Shown one piece after another: positions 54,817 through 63,738 of a DNA stretch of 64,000 nt. Position 1 is the stretch's first letter. Each line of letters starts with the position of its first letter. A model generated the notes under the pieces. It saw only the letters and a list, made by a program, of their open reading frames with translations. It was not told the DNA's origin and did not search any database. Source of the stretch: Candidatus Geothermarchaeales archaeon (lineage in GTDB: Archaea > Thermoproteota > Nitrososphaeria > Geothermarchaeales > JAUWBL01); the NCBI GenBank assembly GCA_046757245.1, contig JBHHXX010000001.1:9369-73368 (forward strand). Reading direction: 5' to 3'. The position numbers were made by a program, and so were the translations under genes.

Positions 54817-55079
54817 CCCCTAACAGTAGTATGAATAGCCTACCTTTAACCATTCCTACACAGTATCAATCTGTTTATTAAAAGTATATGGCTCAACTAG
54901 GCAGACTTCACACTCAGATTTTATAGGTCGCGCTTCCCTATTCTTATCCTTGGGCGACTCAGTCGTGCGCGCCATCTCGGTGGCCACATCACCGATCATG
55001 AGGCCCCTCCTCAAACGCCTCGCCCTCCGAGCCATAAAACACCTTAAACTCCATATAGCGAGACCGCAATAAAAGAAAA

Positions 55080-55140
55080 TATCTCCAGATAACTGCGGAA
55101 ACAACCCCAGACAACAAACCAGAGACACTATCTGGAGATA
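55080..55140. other. Perfect 12-bp inverted repeat (tatctccagata ... tatctggagata) with a 37-nt C/A-rich loop
   Basis: The arms are at 55080-55091 and 55129-55140, about 40 nt downstream of the mvk stop (55181) on the minus strand. Confidence 0.4.
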
Positions 55141-55180
55141 CACCCCTACCCCCTAGACACACCCAACACCCGCTAAAAGC

Positions 55181-56161
55181 CTAGAAATGTGCTTCGGATT
55201 TAACTCCAACACTATCCGGTTGGACGAAAAACGATTCCCCACCCAAATCTTCCAAGGCTTTAACAACGGCTGAACTATTTTCTGCCCGGGTTAAAGCGAT
55301 CATGCATCCTCCACCGCCCGCACCCGTCAGCTTAGCGCCCAAGGCTCCTAGGTCTATTGCCCTCGAGACCATCCTCTCCAACTTGGGCGTTGAAACCCCG
55401 ATGGAGTATAGCAAACCTTGAGACACGTTGAACAATCCCCCCAGAGTTTCCAATTCTCCGTTTATGATCGCCTCGAGTTCTCTCTCAACGATCATATCAC
55501 TTGTTTGAACGAGGTGGGAAAATATCTTCCCATACTTTTTGCTTATCTCGCCTACGTTTCCCACGAGCACCCCCGTTGACCGCCTCTCCGAGGAATCCCC
55601 CACGACGAGGGGCAAGTCAACGTCTCTAATGTTTTTCACAACGCGTTTAAAGGAGCCTTCGAAGAGGACTAGACCCCCGCTGACAACCGTTGATAGATCT
55701 ACGCCGGAGGGGTCTCCATGGACAACCCTCTCTGAAGCCGAGGCTATCTCGATCAATTCCCCCCTATCTAACTCGTGTCCGAGGTAGTGGGATACACCCT
55801 TGACGATGGCCGCTGCTAACGATGCTGACGATCCCAATCCCGCGGACATGGGGATTGAGGAGGATATATCGAGCCTCACGTTTGTTCTCTGGCCTAAATA
55901 GTCAAAGACAGCCTCCACAGAGGCTTCGATGGGTTCTAAATCCTTAAGCCTAGACTCTGAAACCCATCTTCCATGAGAATCCACGTAGTCCCTCTTCCCA
56001 GACTCTGAATGGTATATTTCTAAGGGAAAATCTGTGGGTGAGACCCTAATCCTCACATATCTTCTTATGGCGAGGGCTAGAGCCTTGCCCCCGTGGACCA
56101 CAAAATGCTCTCCGGCAAGTATCACCTTCCCGGGTGCGGAAGCTTCAACGAACATTTCCAT
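55181..56161 (-). CDS. mvk: Mevalonate kinase
   Basis: GHMP kinase motifs: APGKVILAGEHFVVHG, PMSAGLGSSASLAAAI, KLTGAGGGGCMIAL. Confidence 0.9.
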   Translation of the reverse strand: MEMFVEASAPGKVILAGEHFVVHGGKALALAIRRYVRIRVSPTDFPLEIYHSESGKRDYVDSHGRWVSESRLKDLEPIEASVEAVFDYLGQRTNVRLDISSSIPMSAGLGSSASLAAAIVKGVSHYLGHELDRGELIEIASASERVVHGDPSGVDLSTVVSGGLVLFEGSFKRVVKNIRDVDLPLVVGDSSERRSTGVLVGNVGEISKKYGKIFSHLVQTSDMIVERELEAIINGELETLGGLFNVSQGLLYSIGVSTPKLERMVSRAIDLGALGAKLTGAGGGGCMIALTRAENSSAVVKALEDLGGESFFVQPDSVGVKSEAHF

Positions 56162-56170
56162 CGAAAAGGT

Positions 56171-57031
56171 CTAAAGCGTCATCTTCAGCGAGGCGTAGCC
56201 AACGACTTGGGAGAGGTCTCCCGTTACGTCTCCACTGGTGGCGTATTTTAGGAGCTTAGCCTCGGAGGCGCCCAAGGTCTTCGCCGCGTAGATGGCCGAG
56301 GCCACGGGTCCCATCCCGCACATTGAGACGTTTAAGGAGTATACGAGGCTCATCATCTTCTCCTCGTCTAGGGATAAAATGGCCTCGATCACCGCGGTAT
56401 CCTTTCTCTTGGCGCTTGCATGGGGCTCGTAGTGCGTAAGGTCCGTGGAAGCCACGATGACCGAGTTCTTTCCCTCCAGCGCCTTCGCCACGGCTCCACC
56501 CACCTCCCTGCTGGTCTTTAGATTCTGCATCATCATGAGTATGGGGACAAACCTGAAGTTACCCAGCGTGTACTGGAGGAAGGGGATCTGAACTTCCAGG
56601 GAGTGCTCCCGCATGTGGGCAGAAGCATCCACATCTATGATCCTAGAGACATCGAGGATTTTTCCGGCGGTCTCCTCGTCGATCTCAACCCTCCCCAAGG
56701 GCGTCTCCCATACCCCCGAGTTCATCAACGATACGCCGCTTCCATAGCCCGTGTGGTTGGGGCCAATCAATACGATTAGATCTGGCTTGCCGTCCTCAGC
56801 CAGGGAATGATAGCCGTGGGCTGCCACGGAGCCTGAATAGACGTAGCCGGCGTGGGGGGAAACCAAGGCAACGATCCCACGTTTCCCCCTCTCATTCAGC
56901 CGTGGGAGTTCACCTGGTCCGATGGGGGATTTAAAGCTCTCCTCGATTTGATTTCTTAGGGAGTTAGGGTCGGACATATAAAAGTATCCGGAAAAGGCTG
57001 GGCGCCTAACCTTTTTCTCCGATTCCATCAT
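56171..57031 (-). CDS. MEMO1-family protein (AmmeMemoRadiSam system protein B)
   Basis: SPHAGYVYSG motif and later His/Asp ligand regions (GPNHTG, DLTHY). Conserved position between rps2 and mvk. Confidence 0.8.
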   Translation of the reverse strand: MMESEKKVRRPAFSGYFYMSDPNSLRNQIEESFKSPIGPGELPRLNERGKRGIVALVSPHAGYVYSGSVAAHGYHSLAEDGKPDLIVLIGPNHTGYGSGVSLMNSGVWETPLGRVEIDEETAGKILDVSRIIDVDASAHMREHSLEVQIPFLQYTLGNFRFVPILMMMQNLKTSREVGGAVAKALEGKNSVIVASTDLTHYEPHASAKRKDTAVIEAILSLDEEKMMSLVYSLNVSMCGMGPVASAIYAAKTLGASEAKLLKYATSGDVTGDLSQVVGYASLKMTL

Positions 57032-57717
57032 AGGGTCACCATGAAATCCTCTATTGGCGCATCGATGACCTCATCCTCGCCCAGTAGGCCCCTCTCCCTC
57101 AGATAGAGTAGCGCAAGACACCAGAAGATGACTGCCAGTGAGGATCGACCCTTATTGTTCGCGGGGATCGTTAGATCCACGTAGCGGGGAAAGGAGCTCG
57201 TGTCGCAGAGGGAGACGATGGGGATCTTCATTTTCGCCGCCTCGAAGACGATTTGTTTATCGTAGATGTGGTCCACCACGAAGACCAGGGAGACTTCCTT
57301 GTGCTCATTAAGCACGTAGTTGGTCAGCGTCCCAGGGAGAAACCTCCCCGTGATGGGCACCATGCCCGTGAGCTCGCAGAACTTCTTTATCCCCTTCTCA
57401 GCGTATTCTCTAGCGGAGCATACAATTACCCTATCGTTGGGGAATCGTCCGAGGAATTTGACTGCCACTTTCATCCTCTCGAGGGTCTTCGTTACATCTA
57501 TCAAGAAGAAGCCCCTGTGGTGAACCTTGTAGATGTATCTCTCGCTGAAGGAAGTCTTGGTTTTTCTGCCGTAGTGTACGTGATACTTGATGAGGAGTTC
57601 AGGGTTGATGTCTATCTTTTCCTCGACAAGGGGCTCCTCGACGGACTCCTCCACTTGATCCTCCCCGGCTTCCTCCGTTACTTTCTCATTTCTTCCTTCC
57701 GACTTCATGAAAAACAC
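57028..57717 (-). CDS. rps2: 30S ribosomal protein S2 (uS2) with an acidic N-terminal extension
   Basis: VHYGRKTKT...IYKVHHRGFFLIDVTKTLERM...IVSLCDTSS...DLTIPANNKGRSSLAVIFW is the uS2 core. About 35 acidic residues precede it. Confidence 0.9.
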   Translation of the reverse strand: MFFMKSEGRNEKVTEEAGEDQVEESVEEPLVEEKIDINPELLIKYHVHYGRKTKTSFSERYIYKVHHRGFFLIDVTKTLERMKVAVKFLGRFPNDRVIVCSAREYAEKGIKKFCELTGMVPITGRFLPGTLTNYVLNEHKEVSLVFVVDHIYDKQIVFEAAKMKIPIVSLCDTSSFPRYVDLTIPANNKGRSSLAVIFWCLALLYLRERGLLGEDEVIDAPIEDFMVTL

Positions 57718-57719
57718 TT

Positions 57720-58970
57720 TTACAACTGGATCCTTGTAAGTGGGACGGATCTCTTCAGATCCTCCTCGATCCTCATGAGCTCGTTGAGTTTAGCCACCCT
57801 CTCACCCCCCACGATACCAGACTTTATCATGTCAGCCTCAAAGGCAAGGGCTATATGGGCGAGGTGTCGAGTTGGGGTTTCCCCGGACCTATGGGAGACG
57901 ACCACCTTAAAACCCCTTTTTCTAGCCAGATCCACGGCCTCCCTACATCCGGTGAGATCTCCCACCTGATTAGGTTTGATGATCACGGCGTTTCCAGCCC
58001 TCTCACGCGTCCCCAGCATCAGCCTAGAAATGCTTGTAACATAGAGATCGTCACCGCAAATGAGGGTTTTTGGGGCCCTTCGGGTTATCAAAGAAAAACC
58101 TGGGAAATCCTGCTCGTTTAGGGGGTCTTCAACATAATTTAAGCCAAATTTCCCTATGAGGTCTAAAACATACTCTATCTGCTCGTCTCGCGTCCTGAGA
58201 GAGTTAGACCTCTTATAAACATAAAGATTAAGGTTTGGATTCCAAAGGGATGATGCGGCCAAGTCAATCCCCAACCCGAACTTTATCCCTGTTTGAGTCT
58301 TCACATATTTTGCAGCTTCAGCCACTAAGGATAGGATTTCATACCCACTCAGCGAGCATGACCAAGCCCCCTCATCGTTCCTCCCACCGAGGAAAAAGTC
58401 GTCCCTATTCAACAACAACTCCCCAAGCCTCGAGTGTAACCCCACTAGGGAAAAGATGGCCTCGGTGAAGGATTTGGCGTTTAGAGGCATGGCCAAAAAC
58501 TCCTGTATGTCGGTGGCGCGTCCTAGGGAATGTTTGCCTCCGCCCGCGGCGTTCCCGAGGGGAAGAGGAAACTTGGAGATCTTTTTCCCGCCTGACAACC
58601 ACTCATAAAGGGGAATGTTCATGCTTTTCGCTGCGGCCTCAGCCGCGGCCACTGAGACGCTTACGGCTGTGGCACCGCCGATTCTAGAGTAGTTTGGGGT
58701 CCCATCCAAATTCCTTAGGAAGTCGTCTAATTCTTCTTGAGAAGAGTATTCGTATCCAACGAGTTTAGGGCCCACTTCTTGCTTCAGGATCCTCATGGCT
58801 TCCCCTAGCCCTCCCTCGGGGAAGGCTGGCGCCTCGAAGGCTCCCCTGCTGGCGCCCGATGGAGCCGCGTATCTCCCAACTCCATTTGATACGTATACCT
58901 CAGATTCAGGCGTCTTCTCCCCCCTGCTGTTGATGACAACTCTTGACTTGAAGTCAACGATCTTGGGCAA
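57720..58970 (-). CDS. eno: Enolase
   Basis: INSRGEKTPESEV, APSGASRGAFEA, IKPNQVGDLT and SHRSGET motifs. Confidence 0.9.
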   Translation of the reverse strand: MPKIVDFKSRVVINSRGEKTPESEVYVSNGVGRYAAPSGASRGAFEAPAFPEGGLGEAMRILKQEVGPKLVGYEYSSQEELDDFLRNLDGTPNYSRIGGATAVSVSVAAAEAAAKSMNIPLYEWLSGGKKISKFPLPLGNAAGGGKHSLGRATDIQEFLAMPLNAKSFTEAIFSLVGLHSRLGELLLNRDDFFLGGRNDEGAWSCSLSGYEILSLVAEAAKYVKTQTGIKFGLGIDLAASSLWNPNLNLYVYKRSNSLRTRDEQIEYVLDLIGKFGLNYVEDPLNEQDFPGFSLITRRAPKTLICGDDLYVTSISRLMLGTRERAGNAVIIKPNQVGDLTGCREAVDLARKRGFKVVVSHRSGETPTRHLAHIALAFEADMIKSGIVGGERVAKLNELMRIEEDLKRSVPLTRIQL

Positions 58971-58978
58971 GATGAATC

Positions 58979-59197
58979 CTACTCCCTCTTCGCCTTCTTA
59001 ACTTTACCGCGGAGGAACAAGTCTATTATCTCCACGTTGGAGAGGATCATCCTTCGGCAGCAATACCTTTTCACTCCGAGCTGGTCCAATGCCTTGGCGG
59101 GGTCCTCCCCCGCCCTCACCATCTCCAAGAACTTTGGGTATTTGTCGCCCACGACCGCCCCGCAGGAAAAGCACCTCACCGGCATCATCTTGATCAC
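58979..59197 (-). CDS. rpoN: DNA-directed RNA polymerase subunit N (Rpo10)
   Basis: [13 protein letters not shown]...[11 protein letters not shown] is the zinc-bundle signature. Confidence 0.9.
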   Translation of the reverse strand: MIKMMPVRCFSCGAVVGDKYPKFLEMVRAGEDPAKALDQLGVKRYCCRRMILSNVEIIDLFLRGKVKKAKRE

Positions 59198-59622
59198 CTA
59201 TAGGATTTCTGCTTCCTCCTCCTCGGTCCAGGGCCACCGAACTTTTTAGGCTCCGTTCTTCGTGGGTCCCCCGCGAGAAGTGTGCGATCAAACTCCTTGT
59301 AAATCTTTTCGATTCTCTTACTCTTCGTGGAGCCGACTAGGGCCCTCGCAATGGCGATGCTCGCGGCCTCGGCTTGACCCATGAAGCCTCCGCCGCTAAC
59401 CCTCACCTCTATGTCGAAGTTTTTCATTGCATTTGCGCCTAGGAGTAGCGTTTCGATTATCTTTAGTCTAGCAACCTCGGGTTGCAGTATTTCAAGGGGA
59501 ACCCCGTTAACGGTGACAAAACCCTTTCCCTCACGTATGTAGGCTCGAGCCGTGGCCGTCTTCCTCTTACCGGTGAACACCCTGACGGGTTTGGCCGTTT
59601 TTGACGTGGACAAGGTCTTCAC
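59194..59622 (-). CDS. rps9: 30S ribosomal protein S9 (uS9)
   Basis: [12 protein letters not shown]...[12 protein letters not shown]...[24 protein letters not shown] is canonical uS9. Confidence 0.95.
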   Translation of the reverse strand: MKTLSTSKTAKPVRVFTGKRKTATARAYIREGKGFVTVNGVPLEILQPEVARLKIIETLLLGANAMKNFDIEVRVSGGGFMGQAEAASIAIARALVGSTKSKRIEKIYKEFDRTLLAGDPRRTEPKKFGGPGPRRRKQKSYR

Positions 59623-60086
59623 GCTTCTCCTAATCTTTCCCTGATTGGTCTCCAGCCGAGGGTTCGGGCGATCTCCTCGATGGAGAGGTACCCATAGGGA
59701 CTCTCCCTATACCGTGCCTCAACTATCTTAACCGCGTCAACGCTTTTAAACTTCTCCGGGATACCTACGAAGACCCTCAGCCTCCGATAGGCCTCCCTAC
59801 CCTTGGGCTTCTGTTTTGGGAGCATCCCGAGAACGATCCTCTTGAAGATCCCCTCGGGGGTCCTCGGTTTGAAGGGGCCGAGCCTCCTGGGGTTAACCTT
59901 GGACTGTATCTGCATGAACTTCATGTAGTCATCGATGATTCGCCTCTTCTCACCTGTGATAACCGATTTCTCGACGTTAAGCACGGTGACCCTGTCGCCG
60001 GATAGCAACCTCTTCGCGATGATGGAGGCCAGTCTCCCGGCTACCGAGTCCTCGGCGTCGACGTATGTGCTCTTTGTCTCTGTCAA
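59619..60086 (-). CDS. rpl13: 50S ribosomal protein L13 (uL13)
   Basis: VDAEDSVAGRLASIIAKRLLSGDRVTVLNVEK and MLPKQKPKGREAYRRLRVFVG are canonical uL13 sequences. Confidence 0.95.
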   Translation of the reverse strand: MTETKSTYVDAEDSVAGRLASIIAKRLLSGDRVTVLNVEKSVITGEKRRIIDDYMKFMQIQSKVNPRRLGPFKPRTPEGIFKRIVLGMLPKQKPKGREAYRRLRVFVGIPEKFKSVDAVKIVEARYRESPYGYLSIEEIARTLGWRPIRERLGEA

Positions 60087-60273
60087 ATGCTTTCACCTTA
60101 TGTTCGGGTTGATGTTAATTATTCATTACCCTCTTCTCATTCTTATTTTTAGAGTATTCCCATCGAAAGGATTTAAGCCTTTATCGTCTTATGCTCACGT
60201 AACACATGATTTATTTCTTGCATGATATAAGTCGTAAATATCAAAAATGTCTCCGGGGAATGATTAAATCGGG

Positions 60274-60813
60274 TTGGTGCGATCTATGGACGTTTTCAAG
60301 GTGATAGAGGCGAGGAGGAGTATCCGACGATATAGCCCAAGACCCATACCCGAGGAAGATTTAAGGATGATCCTCGAGGCGGGTAGGTTAGCTCCCTCAG
60401 CTGGCAACCGTCAGCCGTGGCGCTTCATTATCGTGAGGGACCGGGTGCGCAGAGAGGCCTTGGGGAGAGCAGCCGACAACCAATCCTTCATCTCCGACGC
60501 TGGGGTGGTCCTCGTGGTCACGGGCGACCCCTCTATTTCCCGAAGGTGGTACCTACAGGACCCCATGATCGCAGTGGAACACATCGTTTTGGAGGCAACA
60601 GCGTTGGGCTACGGCACCTGCTGGATCGGGGCCTTTGACGAGGGTGAGGTCAAAAGGATTTGCCGAATCCCGGAGGATTTGAGAGTCATCGCGTTATTGC
60701 CCATCGGTGCTCCTAACGAATCGCCCCCACCAAGATGGAGGCGGCCCTTAAGGGAAATCGCCTTTCAAGAGGAGTATGGCAGGCCTCTCTCCTTTGAGGA
60801 ACCACCTAGCTAA
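60274..60813 (+). CDS. Nitroreductase-family flavoprotein
   Basis: RRSIRRY...APSAGNRQPW and GYGTCWIG motifs. Confidence 0.8.
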   Translation: MVRSMDVFKVIEARRSIRRYSPRPIPEEDLRMILEAGRLAPSAGNRQPWRFIIVRDRVRREALGRAADNQSFISDAGVVLVVTGDPSISRRWYLQDPMIAVEHIVLEATALGYGTCWIGAFDEGEVKRICRIPEDLRVIALLPIGAPNESPPPRWRRPLREIAFQEEYGRPLSFEEPPS

Positions 60814-60879
60814 TGTTAAATATATATTCCCACGCATGTGCCATCCATTTTTAAGGCATCTGATGTTTAGTGGTGTGAA

Positions 60880-61977
60880 ATGAAGGATGAGGTGAAGGTG
60901 GCGGCGGCTCAAATCGTCCCAGAGTTCATGGACAAGGAGGCAACCATCGACAAGGCCTGTAGAACGATCGAGGAGGCGGGGAGAAAAGAAGTGGACCTAA
61001 TTGTCTTCCCCGAGACGTTCATCCCAGGCTACCCCTACTGGAGAGGCGTCTCCATCCCCAAGTGGGCGAACTTCATGGTGGATTACCAGAAGAACTCGGT
61101 GAAAATCCCGAGTGAAGACACCGAAGTTCTCGCTGAGGCGGCGAGGGAGGCGAACACCTACCTTGTTATGGGGTGTTCGGAAATCAGCGACCTCGCCGGC
61201 AGCCTCACTATGTACAACACCCTCCTCTACATAGATAGGGAGGGCGGGATCATGGGGAGACACAGAAAGCTCATGCCCACCCACGGGGAGAGGACTATAT
61301 GGGGCATGGGGGACGCCAGCGACCTCAGGGTCTTTGACACCGGTATAGGCCGGGTTGGAGGGTTGGTGTGCTATGAAAACCACATGACCCTCCTGAAGGC
61401 CGCCATGGCGCTGAAGGGGGAGGAGATTCACTGCGCCGTATGGCCTGGATATTGGCAGGTAGAGGACTACCCAGGTTTGAGAAGAAGAGTGGATTCTGAA
61501 GAGGATCCCACGCATCTCTGCGAGGTTGAGTCGGCGATAAGGGAGTATGCCTTTGAGACCCAAACCTTCGTCATCAGCGTGGGCCAATACATGCCCGAGG
61601 ACATGCTGCCGGAGGAGTGGGGGTTCAACCTCGCTGGAGGTGGGAGCGCCATCGTGGCCCCTTCGAGCATATACGTGGCGGGTCCCGTCTTCGGTCAGGA
61701 AACCATCCTCTATTCAACCCTGGACAATAACGTGAGGAGAAAGGTGAAGGCTTACTTCGACGCGTTGGGTCACTACGCCCGTTGGGATGTGGCTAGGCTT
61801 GACCTCAGGGACGAACCTTGGACGCCTTTAACGCCCCGGGAGAGATCGTTACTTCCCCCAACGGAGGCCTCGAGGGAGGATTTGGAGGGGTTGGCGAGGA
61901 GGTACGGTCTTGACCTTGAGAGGCTTATGGAACTCATCGAAGAGTTGAAGACGATGATACGGCCAGTGAGACCGTAG
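60880..61977 (+). CDS. Nitrilase / carbon-nitrogen hydrolase superfamily enzyme with a ~55-aa C-terminal extension
   Basis: Catalytic triad contexts FPETF (Glu), HRKLMPT (Lys) and GGLVCYEN (Cys). Confidence 0.8.
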   Translation: MKDEVKVAAAQIVPEFMDKEATIDKACRTIEEAGRKEVDLIVFPETFIPGYPYWRGVSIPKWANFMVDYQKNSVKIPSEDTEVLAEAAREANTYLVMGCSEISDLAGSLTMYNTLLYIDREGGIMGRHRKLMPTHGERTIWGMGDASDLRVFDTGIGRVGGLVCYENHMTLLKAAMALKGEEIHCAVWPGYWQVEDYPGLRRRVDSEEDPTHLCEVESAIREYAFETQTFVISVGQYMPEDMLPEEWGFNLAGGGSAIVAPSSIYVAGPVFGQETILYSTLDNNVRRKVKAYFDALGHYARWDVARLDLRDEPWTPLTPRERSLLPPTEASREDLEGLARRYGLDLERLMELIEELKTMIRPVRP

Positions 61978-62431
61978 CCGGGAGGATAACCCCCTTCTCC
62001 AGCCTCTTCTAGGGTTATAAAGGCTCACCCTTGAACCTGCAGAAAACCGTGATCCTAATACACCATCCCTGTTTGTTTTCTTGTGACTCATTCGATCTTG
62101 TTCTAAAATCGGTCTACTTCCAGATTCTTCTAACCCACTCTACTCTATCGAAGACTTTGTCGTTAGGAGGAGTCTGATGTAGGATGGATAAGAGGTTTTT
62201 TAAGGGTTTCCACGTCTTCATGGTGCTGTTCAATTAAAATGTTTCTGTTGGTAGGTTGTGGATAAAATCACGCATAAGGGAGTCACTACTCAATTTCTCT
62301 ATAGATCGAGATCTCGACCTCAGCCCCGGAGTCACGTCACCTGAACACTTGGAGACTCCAAGTTTTAAGTTTTTGATGAAACGCGGGTAAGATTTATTAG
62401 GTGTATTTATATAATTACTATTGGTGATGTT

Positions 62432-62662
62432 ATGAGTAATTACACCGTGACGGTGAAAGTTGACAAAGAGTTAAAGAGGAAAATGGCTTCGGTCAAGATC
62501 AATTGGTCAGAGTACATCAGGAAAGCGATTATACGGAGGATTGAATTGGAGGAGAGGAAGATGGCAGCTGCAGAGGTTCTTAAGAGCTTGGCGGCTAGGG
62601 AGCACACCGTCCCGAAAGGGTTCATAAATAGTGCCATAAGGGAGATGAGAGAGGTTCGTTGA
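62432..62662 (+). CDS. vapB: VapB-type antitoxin (ribbon-helix-helix-like)
   Basis: TVTVKVDKELKRKMASVKINWSEYIRKAIIRRIE is an RHH-like N-terminus. 4-nt overlap with the PIN gene. Confidence 0.65.
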   Translation: MSNYTVTVKVDKELKRKMASVKINWSEYIRKAIIRRIELEERKMAAAEVLKSLAAREHTVPKGFINSAIREMREVR

Positions 62663-63093
62663 AAGTTTATGTCATAGACGCATCGATTGCGGCTAGATTT
62701 CTATTGGTTGAGGATCTCTCCGATAGAGCAGAATTGGTTCTAAAGGATTTCTTGAGGGAGGCAATTGATTTAAGGGCCCCCAAACTGATGGTATATGAGG
62801 TTGGAAACACCCTCTGGAAAGCGGTCAGGCAGGGATTCATAGATCTAGGTGGAGCTAAAGAGAAGCTTTCACGTCTCTTGATGCTCAAGATAGACTCAAT
62901 TGAATTCGACGAAGAGATGAGCAGAGAAGCCTTGGATTGGGGTGTGAAGAACGACGCAACCTACTATGACAGTGCATATGTGGAGGCTTCTAGGAAGGTT
63001 GAGGCAACTCTCTTAACAGCTGACAACATACTCTATGAGAAGGCTTCTAAGGGAGTCTCAACTCTTCATTTGAGAGATTATAAAGGTTGGTAA
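62659..63093 (+). CDS. vapC: PIN-domain toxin VapC
   Basis: VYVIDASIAARFL, YEVGNTLWK, YDSAYVEAS and LLTADNILYEKA carry the PIN acidic residues. Confidence 0.8.
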   Translation: MKVYVIDASIAARFLLVEDLSDRAELVLKDFLREAIDLRAPKLMVYEVGNTLWKAVRQGFIDLGGAKEKLSRLLMLKIDSIEFDEEMSREALDWGVKNDATYYDSAYVEASRKVEATLLTADNILYEKASKGVSTLHLRDYKGW

Positions 63094-63243
63094 AATCAAA
63101 CTTCTATGTCGAGGGCTTCGGCTTCCAACAAACTTTAGGCACTATACTCCTGTTTAAATGGATCTTAAATAAGGAACGGGGGGCTCACCACTCAAGATCG
63201 CGCTCATCGATTCGCCAGAGCCAGAGAGATCATCGCCCAACTA

Positions 63244-63738
63244 ATGGAAAGGTACATCAAAATAAAAAGCTATCCATTCGACGACAAGGATTTAAAAGTT
63301 CTTTATGGAAATATTAATTGGCATTTGCGCGATGCTCGATGGGCCTTGAAGATAAGTCTATACTGCACGTTGGCTGAGATGAGGCAGTTCCTCTTGGAGA
63401 GCACCTGTAAGAGCTTCATCCCTAAGAGACTCTTAGATAACGAGAAGGTCTTCCCCGAGAGGCGTATGGAGGACGCTCTCATCCACGTCGAGGCCGAAAG
63501 GAAGACCGATCTAGAGCAGTCCAGGGAGCTGGTCTTCGTTGAGGCCGAGAACATCATGGGCATAATCTACAACTCAAAGAGTGGGAGCAGCAGGCTCAAG
63601 TGGAGGCAGGTCTACGGGGAGCTGGGGAGGCTCACTGGGGAGGCCAGCGTCAACACCCTCGTAAACTTATTTGCGACGGGTATCAAGGATATTGAGCCGA
63701 TGAAGGAGGAAGAATTGGAGGAGTCAGAGGAGGAATGA
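63244..63738 (+). CDS. Hypothetical helical protein with an acidic C-terminal tail
   Basis: 164-aa ORF ending KEEELEESEEE. Its stop overlaps the next ATG (ATGA). Confidence 0.45.
   Translation: MERYIKIKSYPFDDKDLKVLYGNINWHLRDARWALKISLYCTLAEMRQFLLESTCKSFIPKRLLDNEKVFPERRMEDALIHVEAERKTDLEQSRELVFVEAENIMGIIYNSKSGSSRLKWRQVYGELGRLTGEASVNTLVNLFATGIKDIEPMKEEELEESEEE

Larger units (their letters stand above)
52680..54950. other. AT-rich compositional island (probably acquired DNA) between fni and mvk
   Basis: The sequence is visibly much more A/T-rich than its flanks (for example 52801-52860 and 53401-53460). All five ORFs are unrelated to the surrounding isoprenoid/ribosomal block. No clear terminal repeats were found. 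Confidence 0.5.

Noticed and set aside
54856-55143. 95-aa minus-strand ORF (MYLQIVSLVCCLGLFPQLSG...) between relB and mvk
   Set aside because: It has no SD and no motif, is Arg-rich in the middle, and overlaps the 12-bp inverted repeat. It could be a small 2-TM protein, but I cannot support that call.
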